From the NCBI RefSeq assembly GCF_001194135.2, contig NC_069000.1, positions 40,877,332 through 40,941,331 of the forward strand: a DNA stretch of 64,000 nt, in the 5' to 3' direction. A model generated the notes under the pieces. That model ran no database searches. It had not been told where the DNA came from and saw nothing but the letters and a program-made list of their open reading frames with translations. Below are positions 37,640 to 49,896 of this stretch, piece after piece (within the stretch, counting starts at the first letter, position 1; the number at the start of each line of letters is the position of its first letter). Position numbers and translations under genes: made by a program. This DNA comes from Octopus bimaculoides. Lineage: Eukaryota.

Positions 37640-38099
37640 CACACACATATATATATATATATATATANNNNNNNNNNNNNNNNNNNNNNNNNNNNNNNNN
37701 NNNNNNNNNNNNNNNNNNNNNNNNNNNNNNNNNNNNNNNNNNNNNNNNNNNNNNNNNNNNNNNNNNNNNNNNNNNNNNNNNNNNNNNNNNNNNNNNNNNN
37801 NNNNNNNNNNNNNNNNNNNNNNNNNNNNNNNNNNNNNNNNNNNNNNNNNNNNNNNNNNNNNNNNNNNNNNNNNNNNNNNNNNNNNNNNNNNNNNNNNNNN
37901 NNNNNNNNNNNNNNNNNNNNNNNNNNNNNNNNNNNNNNNNNNNNNNNNNNNNNNNNNNNNNNNNNNNNNNNNNNNNNNNNNNNNNNNNNNNNNNNNNNNN
38001 NNNNNNNNNNNNNNNNNNNNNNNNNNNNNNNNNNNNNNNNNNNNNNNNNNNNNNNNNNNNNNNNNNNNNNNNNNNNNNNNNNNTATATATATATATATA

Positions 38100-38560
38100 T
38101 ATGTTTTGCAAATTGGCTAAACTGGCAATATGACCATCCCCAAGTACAACACTCATGACTCTTTCCAGAGCCGAATCCTGCTGCCAGACACTTGGTCTTC
38201 AAGCAACAACACTTTCTTGCCAGGGTTTGACCACACTATCAGGCAGCTTCACATAGCCGTCTGAGTTGAGCCTAAAGTCCTGTTCAAAAACATTTGGTAA
38301 TGAAGCCAGGTGTGCGGACGCAATCAGAACGCCAGCTGTGTTCCTTTTTACTGGCCATGGTCCCGTAGTCTCCGTTGCAGTTATTCATGTCACGTCTTAT
38401 AACATTTACAGTATCCATTGAGCATTGAGCAGCAGTCATGATGTCAGCATTTTGATACTTAGCGCGAATCATCATGCACACAAGTAACTCATTTCCAATA
38501 TTCAGATGGCTTCCAGTCTTCCATCTCAGCTAACTTTTACTTAACTACAACAATGACTGA
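38100..38560 (-). mobile_element. Tc1/mariner (DD37D/maT-like) transposase remnant in peroxidase intron 1
   Basis: The minus-strand translation FEQDFRLNSDGYVKLPDSVVKPWQESVVA*RPSVWQQDSA matches the GLRVNxxxYxxxLxxVVKPW...RPYVFQQDSAP pattern. Confidence 0.75.
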
Positions 38561-39744
38561 TCGCATCAGGCTGTTTCTCAAAAAAAAAAAAAAGGAGACA
38601 AAGGTTATCAAGTTTATCCGAACACTCAGAATAGAAATTCTTTTATTCTTTCATTTGTTTTAATCATTTTGCTGCGGCCACGCAGGAGCACCGCCTTTGT
38701 TCGAACAAATCGACTCCAGGACTTAATTCTTTGTAAGCCTAGTACTTATTCTATCGGTCTCGTTTGCCGAACCACTAAGTTACGAGGACGTAAACACACC
38801 AACATCGGTTGTCAAGCGATAATGGGGGGGGGGGTAACACAGACGCTCAAGCACACACACACACACACACACACNNNNNNNNNNNNNNNNNNNNNNNNNN
38901 NNNNNNNNNNNNNNNNNNNNNNNNNNNNNNNNNNNNNNNNNNNNNNNNNNNNNNNNNNNNNNNNNNNNNNNNNNNNNNNNNNNNNNNNNNNNNNNNNNNN
39001 NNNNNNNNNNNNNNNNNNNNNNNNNNNNNNNNNNNNNNNNNNNNNNNNNNNNNNNNNNNNNNNNNNNNNNNNNNNNNNNNNNNNNNNNNNNNNNNNNNNN
39101 NNNNNNNNNNNNNNNNNNNNNNNNNNNNNNNNNNNNNNNNNNNNNNNNNNNNNNNNNNNNNNNNNNNNNNNNNNNNNNNNNNNNNNNNNNNNNNNNNNNN
39201 NNNNNNNNNNNNNNNNNNNNNNNNNNNNNNNNNNNNNNNNNNNNNNNNNNNNNNNNNNNNNNNNNNNNNNNNNNNNNNNNNNNNNNNNNNNNNNNNNNNN
39301 NNNNNNNNNNNNNNNNNNNNNNNNNNNNNNNNNNNNNNNNNNNNNNNNNNNNNNNNNNNNNNNNNNNNNNNNNNNNNNNNNNNNNNNNNNNNNNNNNNNN
39401 NNNNNNNNNNNNNNNNNNNNNNNNNNNNNNNNNNNNNNNNNNNNNNNNNNNNNNNNNNNNNNNNNNNNNNNNNNNNNNNNNNNNNNNNNNNNNNNNNNNN
39501 NNNNNNNNNNNNNNNNNNNNNNNNNNNNNNNNNNNNNNNNNNNNNNNNNNNNNNNNNNNNNNNNNNNNNNNNNNNNNNNNNNNNNNNNNNNNNNNNNNNN
39601 NNNNNNNNNNNNNNNNNNNNNNNNNNNNNNNNNNNNNNNNNNNNNNNNNNNNNNNNNNNNNNNNNNNNNNNNNNNNNNNNNNNNNNNNNNNNNNNNNNNN
39701 NNNNNNNNNNNNNNNNNNNNNNNNNNNNNNNNNNNNNNNTATAT

Positions 39745-39779
<35 letters not shown>

Positions 39780-40967
39780 TACACATACACTTCTGATTGG
39801 ATCCTATGGAAGAAGTGCTTGAAGACCCTTTCCACAACCTTTCTAAGTCTTTTTTTTTTACATTTTCAAGTTGCAAGATTCATTACTGCATTGAAATCGT
39901 CCAGTCACAGTTATCTTTGTCTTTCATTGTTCCAAAGGCAATGAAATATATGCCATTCAAAGTGTTTATATAACCAACAACTTCATTTACGGAAAATAGT
40001 AAACCTTTTATTCGAAAAATCTTTATTGTTACAAAACAGAATTTTCTAACATTTTTGCTAACAGCAATCCTTTATATGTAAACGAATATTCCCACGTGTG
40101 TAGGATTCTAAAAAATCTCTTTTCTCAATAAACTGATTTTATTAACTAACAACAAACTCATTTCCTCTATTCTGCACTTTAAATGAAAGCTAATTTTAAC
40201 TGAATAGTTGTATAACATTACAGCCTTTAAAACTAAAACAAAAATCACAGACCTCCAGTACTTCCTTTGTGGACTTCAGTTCAGAAACACCTGTTACAAA
40301 TGCTAATGGCATAAACAGTAAAATTCTGGATAAAATGCTTTGCGGTGTTTAATTACATCTCTGTGAGTTCTAAGTTCATGTCTCTCCACAGTAGAAGTAC
40401 TGTCCTCGAGTGAGTTTATTGAAAGGTGGGTGAAAGTTGCGAAAATGGCTAGAGTGGATGGTACCTCTCTAAGTGTAGACCTGAGAATCGGTGAGAAGGA
40501 CTTGGAGAGGGCACCTGCTCTCGGGGTTTCAGGGAAATCTCGGACAGTGGGGTTCTTCGATTATCCTTATTGGCTTTCCTGTATCAAGAGGGCCACATCT
40601 CCATCATCCTCCACGCCACTTTTTCTTTGTAACCTTTGTATGCTATGCATATGTCCCTTCCTTTCAGTGTATACATTTTTTATCATTTCATTATATGTAA
40701 ACCTCCACATTTTATGTCTGTCTTTGTATTGTCCTCCTCATTTGCTGCCCTTGTGGCAAATAAATGATATCATTATCATTATTAAGGCAGCAAGCTGACA
40801 GACACATTAGCACGCCGGGCTAAATGCTTAGCGGTATTTCGCCGAGGTCGACTTTACCTTTCATCCTTTCGAGGTCGATAAAATAAGTACCAGTGAAACA
40901 CTGGTGTCTATGTAATCGACACATCCCCTCCCCCAAAATGGCTGCCCTGGTGGTAAAATTTGAAACC

Positions 40968-41028
40968 ACTATTATTATTGTTGTTGTTGTTGTTGTTGTT
41001 GTTATTGTTGTTGTTGCTGTTGTAGTTG

Positions 41029-41090
<62 letters not shown>

Positions 41091-41108
41091 GTTGTTGTTG
41101 TTGTTGTT
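40968..41108. repeat. Compound (TTG)n/(TTA)n microsatellite
   Basis: Read directly. A similar (TTA)n(CTA)n tract lies at about 41773-41882. Confidence 0.9.
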
Positions 41109-41771
41109 GAATGAGAGAGCATACCATCAAAGTGACACTGAGGTACAAATATACGAAACTCAATATGCCCATCAAGACCACCCGTCTAATAATAAGGGTA
41201 TACCAGGTACATGCATCACAACCGTATGTGCGGCATGGTGATCTCATATCAAGATAAATAGCGCATGACCTTGTAGGTGGGGCCCAGTTAGAATTTTCTT
41301 CAGGTCAAATAGCCCATCGTGCTCAGAATGTCATGAATAAAGCTTGTTTATGGATGTTGAAAGAAACACCCATGTTTCCTGAAGTGAATTATTCAAACCC
41401 CAAAGAATTCCTCTCAACACATGGCTATGATGCTTCCCCACTACCTCTGCTCGTGATCAGAGATGCACATATCGTCAGGAACCAAGGGACATGCTCAACT
41501 GGTTAAGGTCAAACAACTGACAAGCAAATCTGTGGTATTCAGCAGAATATTTGCTGTAGCCCATCTTTCATACCAAGACAAAACAATGTACATGATAACA
41601 CTTCCAATCAGTTAAGATCAGAAGCCATGAGAGCCACTGCCTGGTACTGCAGTACTTTACCTTTCATCCTTTCTGGGTCGATAAATTAAGTACCAGCGAA
41701 GTACTAGCGTCAATGTGATCGACTTACCTCCTCTCTACAAATTTCAGGCCTTGTGCCTATAGTAGAAAGGC

Positions 41772-41882
<111 letters not shown>

Positions 41883-42014
41883 TCAAGGTGGCAAGCTGAC
41901 AGGATCGTTAGCACACCGGGCTAAATGCTTAGCGGTTTTTCGTCTGCCGCTACGTTCTGAGTTCAAATTCCATCGAGGTCTATTTCGTCTTTCATTCTTT
42001 TGGGGTCGATAAAT

Positions 42015-42090
42015 ACCACGGGCATATGGCATAGTGATTAAGAGCGCGGGCTACTAACGTCAAGATTCCGAGTTCGATTCCAGGCAGTGA

Positions 42091-42126
<36 letters not shown>

Positions 42127-42276
42127 TAACAACATCGAAAAATACCTTAGGAATGAGAGCCCAGGTTCGAAATTTCCCCAAGACACCTGATGAAGGCTGG
42201 AGGGTATATCAGCCGAAACGTTGTGTTAACAACAAACAAGATGAGGACAAATATCCGTCAAATGTAAATGATGTAA
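42015..42276 (+). mobile_element. tRNA-headed SINE with internal (AAT)n and Penelope-like 3' part, nested in a family C SINE (possible TSD ATAAAT)
   Basis: A box TGGCATAGTGA and B box GAGTTCGATTCC. The host SINE resumes at about 42283. ATAAAT occurs at 42009-42014 and 42277-42282. Confidence 0.75.
42182..42227 (+). ncRNA. Minimal type I hammerhead ribozyme motif (Penelope-type)
   Basis: GACAC-CTGATGA-A-GGCTG(gagggtatat)CAGCC-GAAAC-GT-T-GTGTT. Stem I is GACAC/GTGTT, stem II is 5 bp, and stem III is the loopless palindrome ACGT. Confidence 0.7.
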
Positions 42277-42656
42277 ATAAATTAAATACCAGATGCGTAC
42301 TGAGGTTGATCTAATCGACGAGACCCCCTCCCCACCAAAATTTAAGGCCTTGTGCCTAGAGTAGAAAGTATTATTATTTTTTGTTTAAGGCGGTGAGCTT
42401 GGAGAATCATTAGCACCCCGGGTAGAATATCTAGTGACATTTCATCTGTCAACGTTCTGAGTCCAAATTCTGTTGAGTTCGACTTCGCCTTTCATCCTTT
42501 CGAGGTCGATGAAATAAGTACGAGATGAACACTAGGGGCGATCTAATCGACTTACCCTTCCCTCGAACCTGCTGGCCTTGTGCCAAAATTTGAAACCATT
42601 ATCATTACCTTTAGTCACACTGAGGCATATAATATGTTATTGCTTTTCTTTTGCAG

Positions 42657-42703
42657 ACCAGAAATATTTATCGTTCACTTGTTACTATTGGCTTCAGGAG
42701 AAT
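42657..42703 (+). CDS. Peroxidase-like exon 2, signal-peptide core (R-PEIFIVHLLLLASGE-F)
   Basis: Acceptor cttttcttttgcAG| and donor T|GTAAGT. The 47-nt exon encodes a hydrophobic stretch, and its phases fit the neighbours. Confidence 0.75.
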
Positions 42704-42710
42704 GTAAGTC

Positions 42711-42712
42711 TG

Positions 42713-42782
<70 letters not shown>

Positions 42783-42831
42783 CATCCATCCATCCATCCA
42801 TCCATCCATCCATCCATCTATCTATCTATCT
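42711..42831. repeat. (TATC)n(CATC)n tetranucleotide repeat just after peroxidase exon 2
   Basis: Read directly. Confidence 0.9.
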
Positions 42832-43095
42832 TTCCCTTTCTCGCACCGTCTCTATACTTGTATTTCTCATCACTTCTTATCGTTTTCAGCTCATTGAACT
42901 TTTTCTACTCTTTCACTCTTCTCTTTTCCGTAAGTTTCGTTTCTCCTTTCCCATTTTTAAACTTCTTTCTAACCGCCACTTTTATACGCTCCTTTATTGT
43001 TTTTAATCTCTATCTATCCCGCTGTCTTTCTCCTCTTTAAAAATGTGATTTTATTGACAATATTTCTCACCAAATTTTCCTTTCTCTCTCTACAG

Positions 43096-43114
43096 TTTTT
43101 CAAGTCGTTTACAG
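43096..43114 (+). CDS. Peroxidase-like exon 3, 19-nt microexon (F-FQVVY-S)
   Basis: Long pyrimidine tract ctctctctacAG| and donor ACAG|GTAAGT. It bridges phase 1 to phase 2 exactly as required between 42703 and 45155. Confidence 0.75.
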
Positions 43115-44099
43115 GTAAGTTGACAGATTTCATCTCTAAGTCATTCACGTTTTAGACACCTCCTTTCATGTACCAGCTTGATATTACCTTCCCAAAGAGC
43201 AGTCATCTTTGCAATTAAACTGTTTTTATTAAATGAAACAATGCTATAAAGCGAGAATGTTACTTTGTTATTGGAAACACGAGCGCTTTCTTCATATCTA
43301 CCAACAGATTCATGACTACCATATATAAGTCTGGATCATGGATTTCCTTTGTTTATGCTTCTGCATTGACGGTTTTTACCACGTATGTGGAAAACAACGA
43401 GTGCAAATTAGTGTAAATGCTCATTGCATTGATGCTTCTATCTTTGATTTAGTGCATCAACAAAACTAATAAAGACTGGGTAATGCCACCAGATATATTC
43501 TGGAGTAACTTGCTTTCAGTTAGGATATGCCCTAAAATGCAACATCTGACAACAGTCAGTAGCGCCACTATAGCTATACGGTCTAGTATCAGACGAGGAA
43601 GGAAGCACGGTCCCTGGATCAATCGCAACCTAGAGGGCTCCAATTTCCGCAGCGTTCCATTAGAGCTCATTAGTTCAGCTAACTCCCGTGCAGCAATGGT
43701 TTCCTAACCCTAATACTTTAACTACACGCTCCTCAGCATAATGAATTTTTGTTTTGGACAATATACATTTGTTATTCTGGAGAAATATTCGTTTGCGTAT
43801 TTTCCGTAAATGTCCCCGTCCATCTCTGCACTTGTCACACCTTTCTTTTTGAGAGTAGTCTTTATCATTTCAATATATGTTCTCACGCTCCATTTCCTTC
43901 CTGTCAACATTATTAGCTGGCCACATTAACAATGGGTCCTTTCGAGGCCCGGAGCATCCCGTAGAAGTGAGCTTTGATACTTTAAATTACCCTGCCAGAG
44001 ATTTTAAAAGTAGTATGTTTTTGAAGTAATAATATACAGCTCATTTTTTTTTTGTAAATTCTAAAACTCTACGGTTGTACATCAAATTCTATATAAGTA

Positions 44100-44422
44100 G
44101 ATTGTTGTTGGCACTCCGTCGCTTACGACGTCGAGGGTTCCAGTTGATCCGATCAACGGAACAGCCTGCTCGTGAAATTAACGTGCAAGTGGCTGAGCAC
44201 TCCACAGACACATGTACCCTTAACGTAGTTCTTGGGAATATTCAGCGTGACACAGTGTGACAAAGCTGACCCTTTGAATTACAGGCACAACAGAAACAGG
44301 AAGTAAGAGTGAGAGAAAGTTGTGGTGGAAGAGTACAGCAGGGTTCGCCACCATCCCCTGCCGGAGTCTCGTGGAGCTTTAGGTGTTTTCGCTCAATAAA
44401 CACTGACAACGCCCGGTCTGGG
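44100..44422 (-). mobile_element. SINE family A (5' head lost in gap)
   Basis: Reverse complement of 2590-2907. Confidence 0.85.
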
Positions 44423-45049
44423 NNNNNNNNNNNNNNNNNNNNNNNNNNNNNNNNNNNNNNNNNNNNNNNNNNNNNNNNNNNNNNNNNNNNNNNNNNNNNN
44501 NNNNNNNNNNNNNNNNNNNNNNNNNNNNNNNNNNNNNNNNNNNNNNNNNNNNNNNNNNNNNNNNNNNNNNNNNNNNNNNNNNNNNNNNNNNNNNNNNNNN
44601 NNNNNNNNNNNNNNNNNNNNNNNNNNNNNNNNNNNNNNNNNNNNNNNNNNNNNNNNNNNNNNNNNNNNNNNNNNNNNNNNNNNNNNNNNNNNNNNNNNNN
44701 NNNNNNNNNNNNNNNNNNNNNNNNNNNNNNNNNNNNNNNNNNNNNNNNNNNNNNNNNNNNNNNNNNNNNNNNNNNNNNNNNNNNNNNNNNNNNNNNNNNN
44801 NNNNNNNNNNNNNNNNNNNNNNNNNNNNNNNNNNNNNNNNNNNNNNNNNNNNNNNNNNNNNNNNNNNNNNNNNNNNNNNNNNNNNNNNNNNNNNNNNNNN
44901 NNNNNNNNNNNNCGTAAGTACCACTGGTCTGTCTGTGTCTGTCTGTCTGCCTGTCTGCCTGCCTGCGCGCCTGTCCGTCTGTCCGTCCGTCTCCGCATAC
45001 ATATGTACCTACCTACACATACGCGTGTGTGCACACACACAAGCACATA

Positions 45050-45090
<41 letters not shown>

Positions 45091-45091
45091 G

Positions 45092-45133
<42 letters not shown>

Positions 45134-45154
45134 CAAGTTCCGATTTTGTTTCAG

Positions 45155-45306
45155 CACTTCCTGTTCACAAACGACCCTTAATTGTAGTTTTGGGACACTG
45201 TCTTACCGTAACATTGATGGCTCTTGTAATAACTACGAAGCACCCCACAACAGTTATGGCAAAAGTAACACACCTTATGGTCGATTCTTGACTCCTTTGG
45301 GGCCAG
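45155..45306 (+). CDS. Peroxidase-like exon 4 (TSCSQTTLNCSFGTLSYRNIDGSCNNYEAPHNSYGKSNTPYGRFLTPLGP)
   Basis: ttttgtttcAG| ... G|GTATGT, 152 nt. It carries the YRxxDGxCNN...G..xTPxxRxL motif of animal heme peroxidases. Confidence 0.92.
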
Positions 45307-45689
45307 GTATGTATAGTGGTTTCAGAAAAAATTTTAATCATCTATTAATTTATTGTACTTTCTCTAATTAGATTTGTTCGCTCTTAGCAGGTACACATAA
45401 AAATTCACTTGTGTTTACGGATTAATAGTAATTTTAATTTAGGAAAACACAATAATAAAAACCATTGAGAAGAAGAAGATATCAATGAATTTACACATCA
45501 TTGGCTGTAATGAATGTGAAAAGTCCGACAAGAAATTGATCTATTCTTGGTATTAATCATCAAACAATGAATAGTATTAGACAAAAAAATCAAACAAAAA
45601 AAATTATTGAAAAGGGCATTGTTGAGTGAATAAGAGAACTAGGCGGTTGCAGAAAGCTTCTGAGAGGGCAAAGAAGGCACAGAGTCACC

Positions 45690-45927
45690 CGAGGAGAATG
45701 CAAAGGGCGTTCATGCAACTCACGAGGGTTGTTTTCGGCCCAGTATCTGAAGTTTTGCTTATTCACTGTGGCACACAGATGAAAATGCGCCTCGTCACTG
45801 AACAACACAACAGATGCATTGGGGATATATGTACCTTTCGAAAATGAAAAAAAACTTTTTTGTAACTTTAATTTATTTGCCTTTTATTAAACCTACAAAT
45901 GTGTCAGATCATTTTGCCGGACCCTAT
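45690..45927 (-). mobile_element. Tc1/mariner transposase fragment with adjoining TIR-like end
   Basis: LFSDEAHFHLCATVNKQNFRYWAENNPRELHERPLHSPRVT contains the first catalytic Asp motif. The plus strand ends ...ttttgccggaccc-TA. Confidence 0.85.
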
Positions 45928-46642
45928 ATTATCAATTCTAGAGAAATGAAAGACAAAGTTCAACTCGGCGAAATTTGAACATAGAGATCTGGAATAGATA
46001 CTGCAAGGCATTGTGCTTGACACATTAACGCGTTTGTCAGTTTACCACCTGCTGAGCTGAGTGCCTTGAAATATTTAGTTAAGTCTATTTACAATCTGAG
46101 TTCAAATTCAACCAAGGTTGTCTTTGCCTTTGATTCATCTGGGTCAATGAAAAAGTACCAGTCCCATATTTGGGTAGTCGGATCAATTAAATTACATCTA
46201 ATTTAATATGACCGATCACATGGTTCCGCGTTCAATTCTATTTCGGGACATCTTGGGCAAGCATCATTTATCATAACCTTGAGTTGATCCAATCCTTGTA
46301 AGTATAACTGAACAAACAGAAAATGCTTGGAATGCTCAGATGGATTGTATCGGTAATTAAAATATCAACCTTATAAAACTGTCTTTCGCTGATTCTGCCT
46401 GGTAATTATACGTTTAAAGCATATTTGACTCTGAAATACTCAGCAACTTACACGCCAATACAACGAGCAGATTGTTTAGTTGGCAAGAGCTGGATACTCC
46501 CCGTTGAAATCGATAGTGATCTAGTTTAACCTTTTGCTTTCCATCCTTCCGGGACAGATAAAATAAGTACTGGAGTCACAAATTTGTAGCTGATGTTTTT
46601 ATATTTCTTAATACATTTTACTCTATATCTTTTTTCTTTTAG

Positions 46643-46816
46643 TCACTCCTCTTCCTTACAAGAGTTATCGTGGTTACGTTCTTCCTAAACCTCGAGTTCT
46701 GAGTCAAGCCTTGTTCACTTGTGGCAACACTGTCAATGAAAGTACACTTACTCACTTGGCGGCCAATTTTGGTTTGTTTCTAATGCATGATATGTTTTCC
46801 ACCAAAACTACAACAG
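46643..46816 (+). CDS. Peroxidase-like exon 5 (VTPLPYKSYRGYVLPKPRVLSQALFTCGNTVNESTLTHLAANFGLFLMHDMFSTKTTT)
   Basis: tttttcttttAG| ... G|GTAAGT, 174 nt. It has LPxPRxxS and FGLFLMHD, aligning to the distal-His motif WGQFLDHD. Confidence 0.92.
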
Positions 46817-47811
46817 GTAAGTTGTACACTATATCAATCTCCAGTTTGGACAAATGAGGGTCTGGCAGGGATTTGAAAGTTATTGTGTTGCGTTCCTCTA
46901 TGTCAAACAATTGAAATCTAGCCGGGGTATGAGTGAACGAATATCAGACTAAGTTCCCTGTCAATATATATATTTCCCATTATTCTACGTTTTGTGCTCA
47001 AGTCATTTTGAGTTGACTTTGCCTGGGTTTGTTTCGAAAAGATTGATAAAATACTTACCAGATATATACTTACAGTCGATTCAATTCGGCTCTTATTTAT
47101 TCTTTTACTGTTATCATTTATTGCAGTAGAGTCAGTTTGGGGATTTTAAGGGTAGGATCGATTATTTCACAAATAGATATTTACTTGGAATTTATTTTAT
47201 CGATGTCGGAATAATGAAAGACAAAAATCGTCATTGATGCGATTAAAACTTAGAAGTGAAAGCGACATAACTAAAAACTGTAATGTATTTTGTCCGACAG
47301 TCTACCTGTTCTTCCACCACTCTGTGCTCGGTCCCTATCATTTATCGACCTTGTGCCAATCAGACAAGTCAAGTATTTATTGCATCCATTCAGTTAATAT
47401 CTTGTTTCTTATCTAAGAATTTCACCTTTCCGTACAGCTCATAAAATATACCAGCAATGGGTACGCTCGTAAAATTCCTAGGCAATTATTTTTATAGTTA
47501 ATTACTTGCTGCAAACTATATTTAAAAATATTAATTTAACCCAATACATTTTTCTCCTTATTCAATAAATTATAGAATATACATAAAATTATATGTATAA
47601 ATGTAAGATCCAAGGATCGAGGTGTAGGAAGAAAGTGATCTTCAAGTAATCCGTAGAAAAAGAAAAAACAAAAAAAGATTGTTAGAAACAATAGTGGTTT
47701 ACTGAGGTGGTAGGTTGTGGAATTTTTCGTATCGAAGTACGATAAGCTGAAAAGAATTATTATTTTATATTCCACGGTAGATAGTCAGGTTTGTTAAGTA
47801 TGCAAATAAAA

Positions 47812-48033
47812 ATCCAAGAGTTAAGGAGTATACCGCAAGCTACTCTTCAGACCAAGTTTGCATTGTCGTTAGGAGAGTCATGTTAACACACGGAGGATTC
47901 GACCAAAATGCCAGTTGAATTTTGATCGAATCCTTCGTGTGTTAACGCGGGACTCCTTACGGCAATGTAAATTCCATTTAATCAGGATACTCTTGGCCTG
48001 AAGAGTAGCCTGCGGTATACACCTCGCTTGGAT
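47812..48033. repeat. Long imperfect fold-back (about 220 nt) in peroxidase intron 5
   Basis: Nested inverted segments 47828-47850/47998-48020 and 47857-47909/47919-47972 surround a 9-nt loop at 47910-47918. Confidence 0.8.
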
Positions 48034-48477
48034 ACTTACCGCTTCCGAGTTAGGCTCGCTATGAAACATATGTAACCCAGATTTTATCTGCCCCATTCCT
48101 CAACTCTTGGATTGTCTGGCTGTACAGCCTTTTTGTTTGTTTATTTCACCGTTTCGTTTTCCTGTCTTGTTTTCCGTCCGCCACTACCCTCCACGAAAAC
48201 AATTTAATTTGTGTTCGTGGGAAGAACCATTTTAACGATGCGTACTGCCTTAATTCTTCGAAACGCCGGGGTTTTAATGGTGGCAGCTGATGAAGGGGAT
48301 GTTTCTATGTGGCCTGCTTGTTTGTTGCACCTTGTTTACCATTTTGTCCATGTTCTTTTGCCACGTCATGTACCCAGTTATGTATCTATATGTACATGTG
48401 GATGAAGGTATATACATACATGTACATATATATGCATATACTCATATATTGTTTATATATATATATGTGTGTGTGAG

Positions 48478-48528
<51 letters not shown>

Positions 48529-48671
48529 NNNNNNNNNNNNNNNNNNNNNNNNNNNNNNNNNNNNNNNNNNNNNNNNNNNNNNNNNNNNNNNNNNNNNNNN
48601 NNNNNNNNNNNNNNNNNNNNNNNNNNNNNNNNNNNNNNNNNNNNNNNNNNNNNNNNNNNNNNNNNNNNNNN

Positions 48672-48715
<44 letters not shown>

Positions 48716-49229
48716 GTGTATAGAAAGTTAAACTCTACTCAGTAATCAACAAATTAAACGACCTGTCGGTATTTTAACGAAATAAAGAGATGGTGAAAAC
48801 ATGTGAGCGAGTAGCGAAATAACAGACTTTGATGCATGTGAAGGTGGCGGACAAAGAGCGAGAAAGGGAGAGAGAAAGAGGGAGAGAGAGAGAGATAGAG
48901 AAAGAAAGAAAGACACACAAACTGAAAGTTATATTAATAGATAATTCTATATTTTTAACATGTAGCATTAAATATCATTCCTTGTTATATTATTTATTGG
49001 ATATTGATTTAAGTGCCCTTGATCCATCAGTGACATTCACATATGCATTAAGTGGGAACAACAACCTTCTAAAAATACTATCAAAATTTACCTCAGTTAA
49101 TATTGCAGCATCTCTTGAAAGGAATGGCACATTCAGTAATCTCTTCATTCCTACATCCTCCTTCAGAAAAAAAAAAGAAGAAAAAGGGTAAAGACAGCGT
49201 AGTCACTACCAGGATTTGTTTCGCCTGAT

Positions 49230-49616
49230 GTTGTTGGCCCTCCGTCGGTTGCGACGACGAGGGTTCCAGTTGATCCGATCAACGGAACAGCCTGCTCGTG
49301 AGATTAAAGTGCAAGTGGCTGAGCACTCCACAGACACGTGTACCCTTAACGTAGTTCTCGGGAATATTCAGCGTGACACAGTGTGACAAGGCTGGCCTCT
49401 TTGAATTACAGGCACAACAGAAACAGGAAGTAAGAGTGAGAGAAAGTTGTGGTGGAAGAGTACAGCAGGGTTCACCACCACCCCCTGTCGGAGCCTCGTG
49501 GAGCTTTAGGTGTTTTCGCTCAATAAACACTGACAACGCCCTGTCTGGGAATCGAAACCGCGATCCTATGACTGCGAGTCCGCTGCCCTAACCACTGGGC
49601 CATTGCGCCTCCACTC
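49230..49616 (-). mobile_element. SINE family A, full length, 11-bp TSD TTTCGCCTGAT
   Basis: The TSD lies at 49219-49229 and 49617-49627. A and B boxes are intact on the minus strand. Confidence 0.9.
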
Positions 49617-49877
49617 TTTCGCCTGATATGCATAGATATTCGTTATTTTCTTAACCGACAGATAGATTAGTTTTACTTTAAAAGACACTGTCACCATTTC
49701 AGTGCTAACCAAGGGCTAAAATCTAAACAACAAAAGCAACAACACCGCCGCCACCAACCCCGACCCACTAGCAACTTTACTTCATTCTAAAATATAGAGT
49801 CTTCAAGTCCTTAATAAAATAAATAAAATAAAAGTTTCGTTATTAAATTTAATTGTTGAATTTCTTTCATTTTTCAG

Positions 49878-49896
49878 ACTCTTGTTGCACTGACAG
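49878..49896 (+). CDS. Peroxidase-like exon 6, 19-nt microexon (D-SCCTD-S)
   Basis: tttcatttttcAG| ... ACAG|GTAAAT. It links phase 1 to phase 2 and supplies the CC dipeptide seen after the DHD motif in many invertebrate peroxidases. Confidence 0.8.

Noticed and set aside
43722-43910. 62-aa minus-strand ORF with natural-looking composition (similarly 62052..62249 and 10396..10664)
   Set aside because: No recognisable motif or splice context, and the peroxidase exon chain is complete without them.
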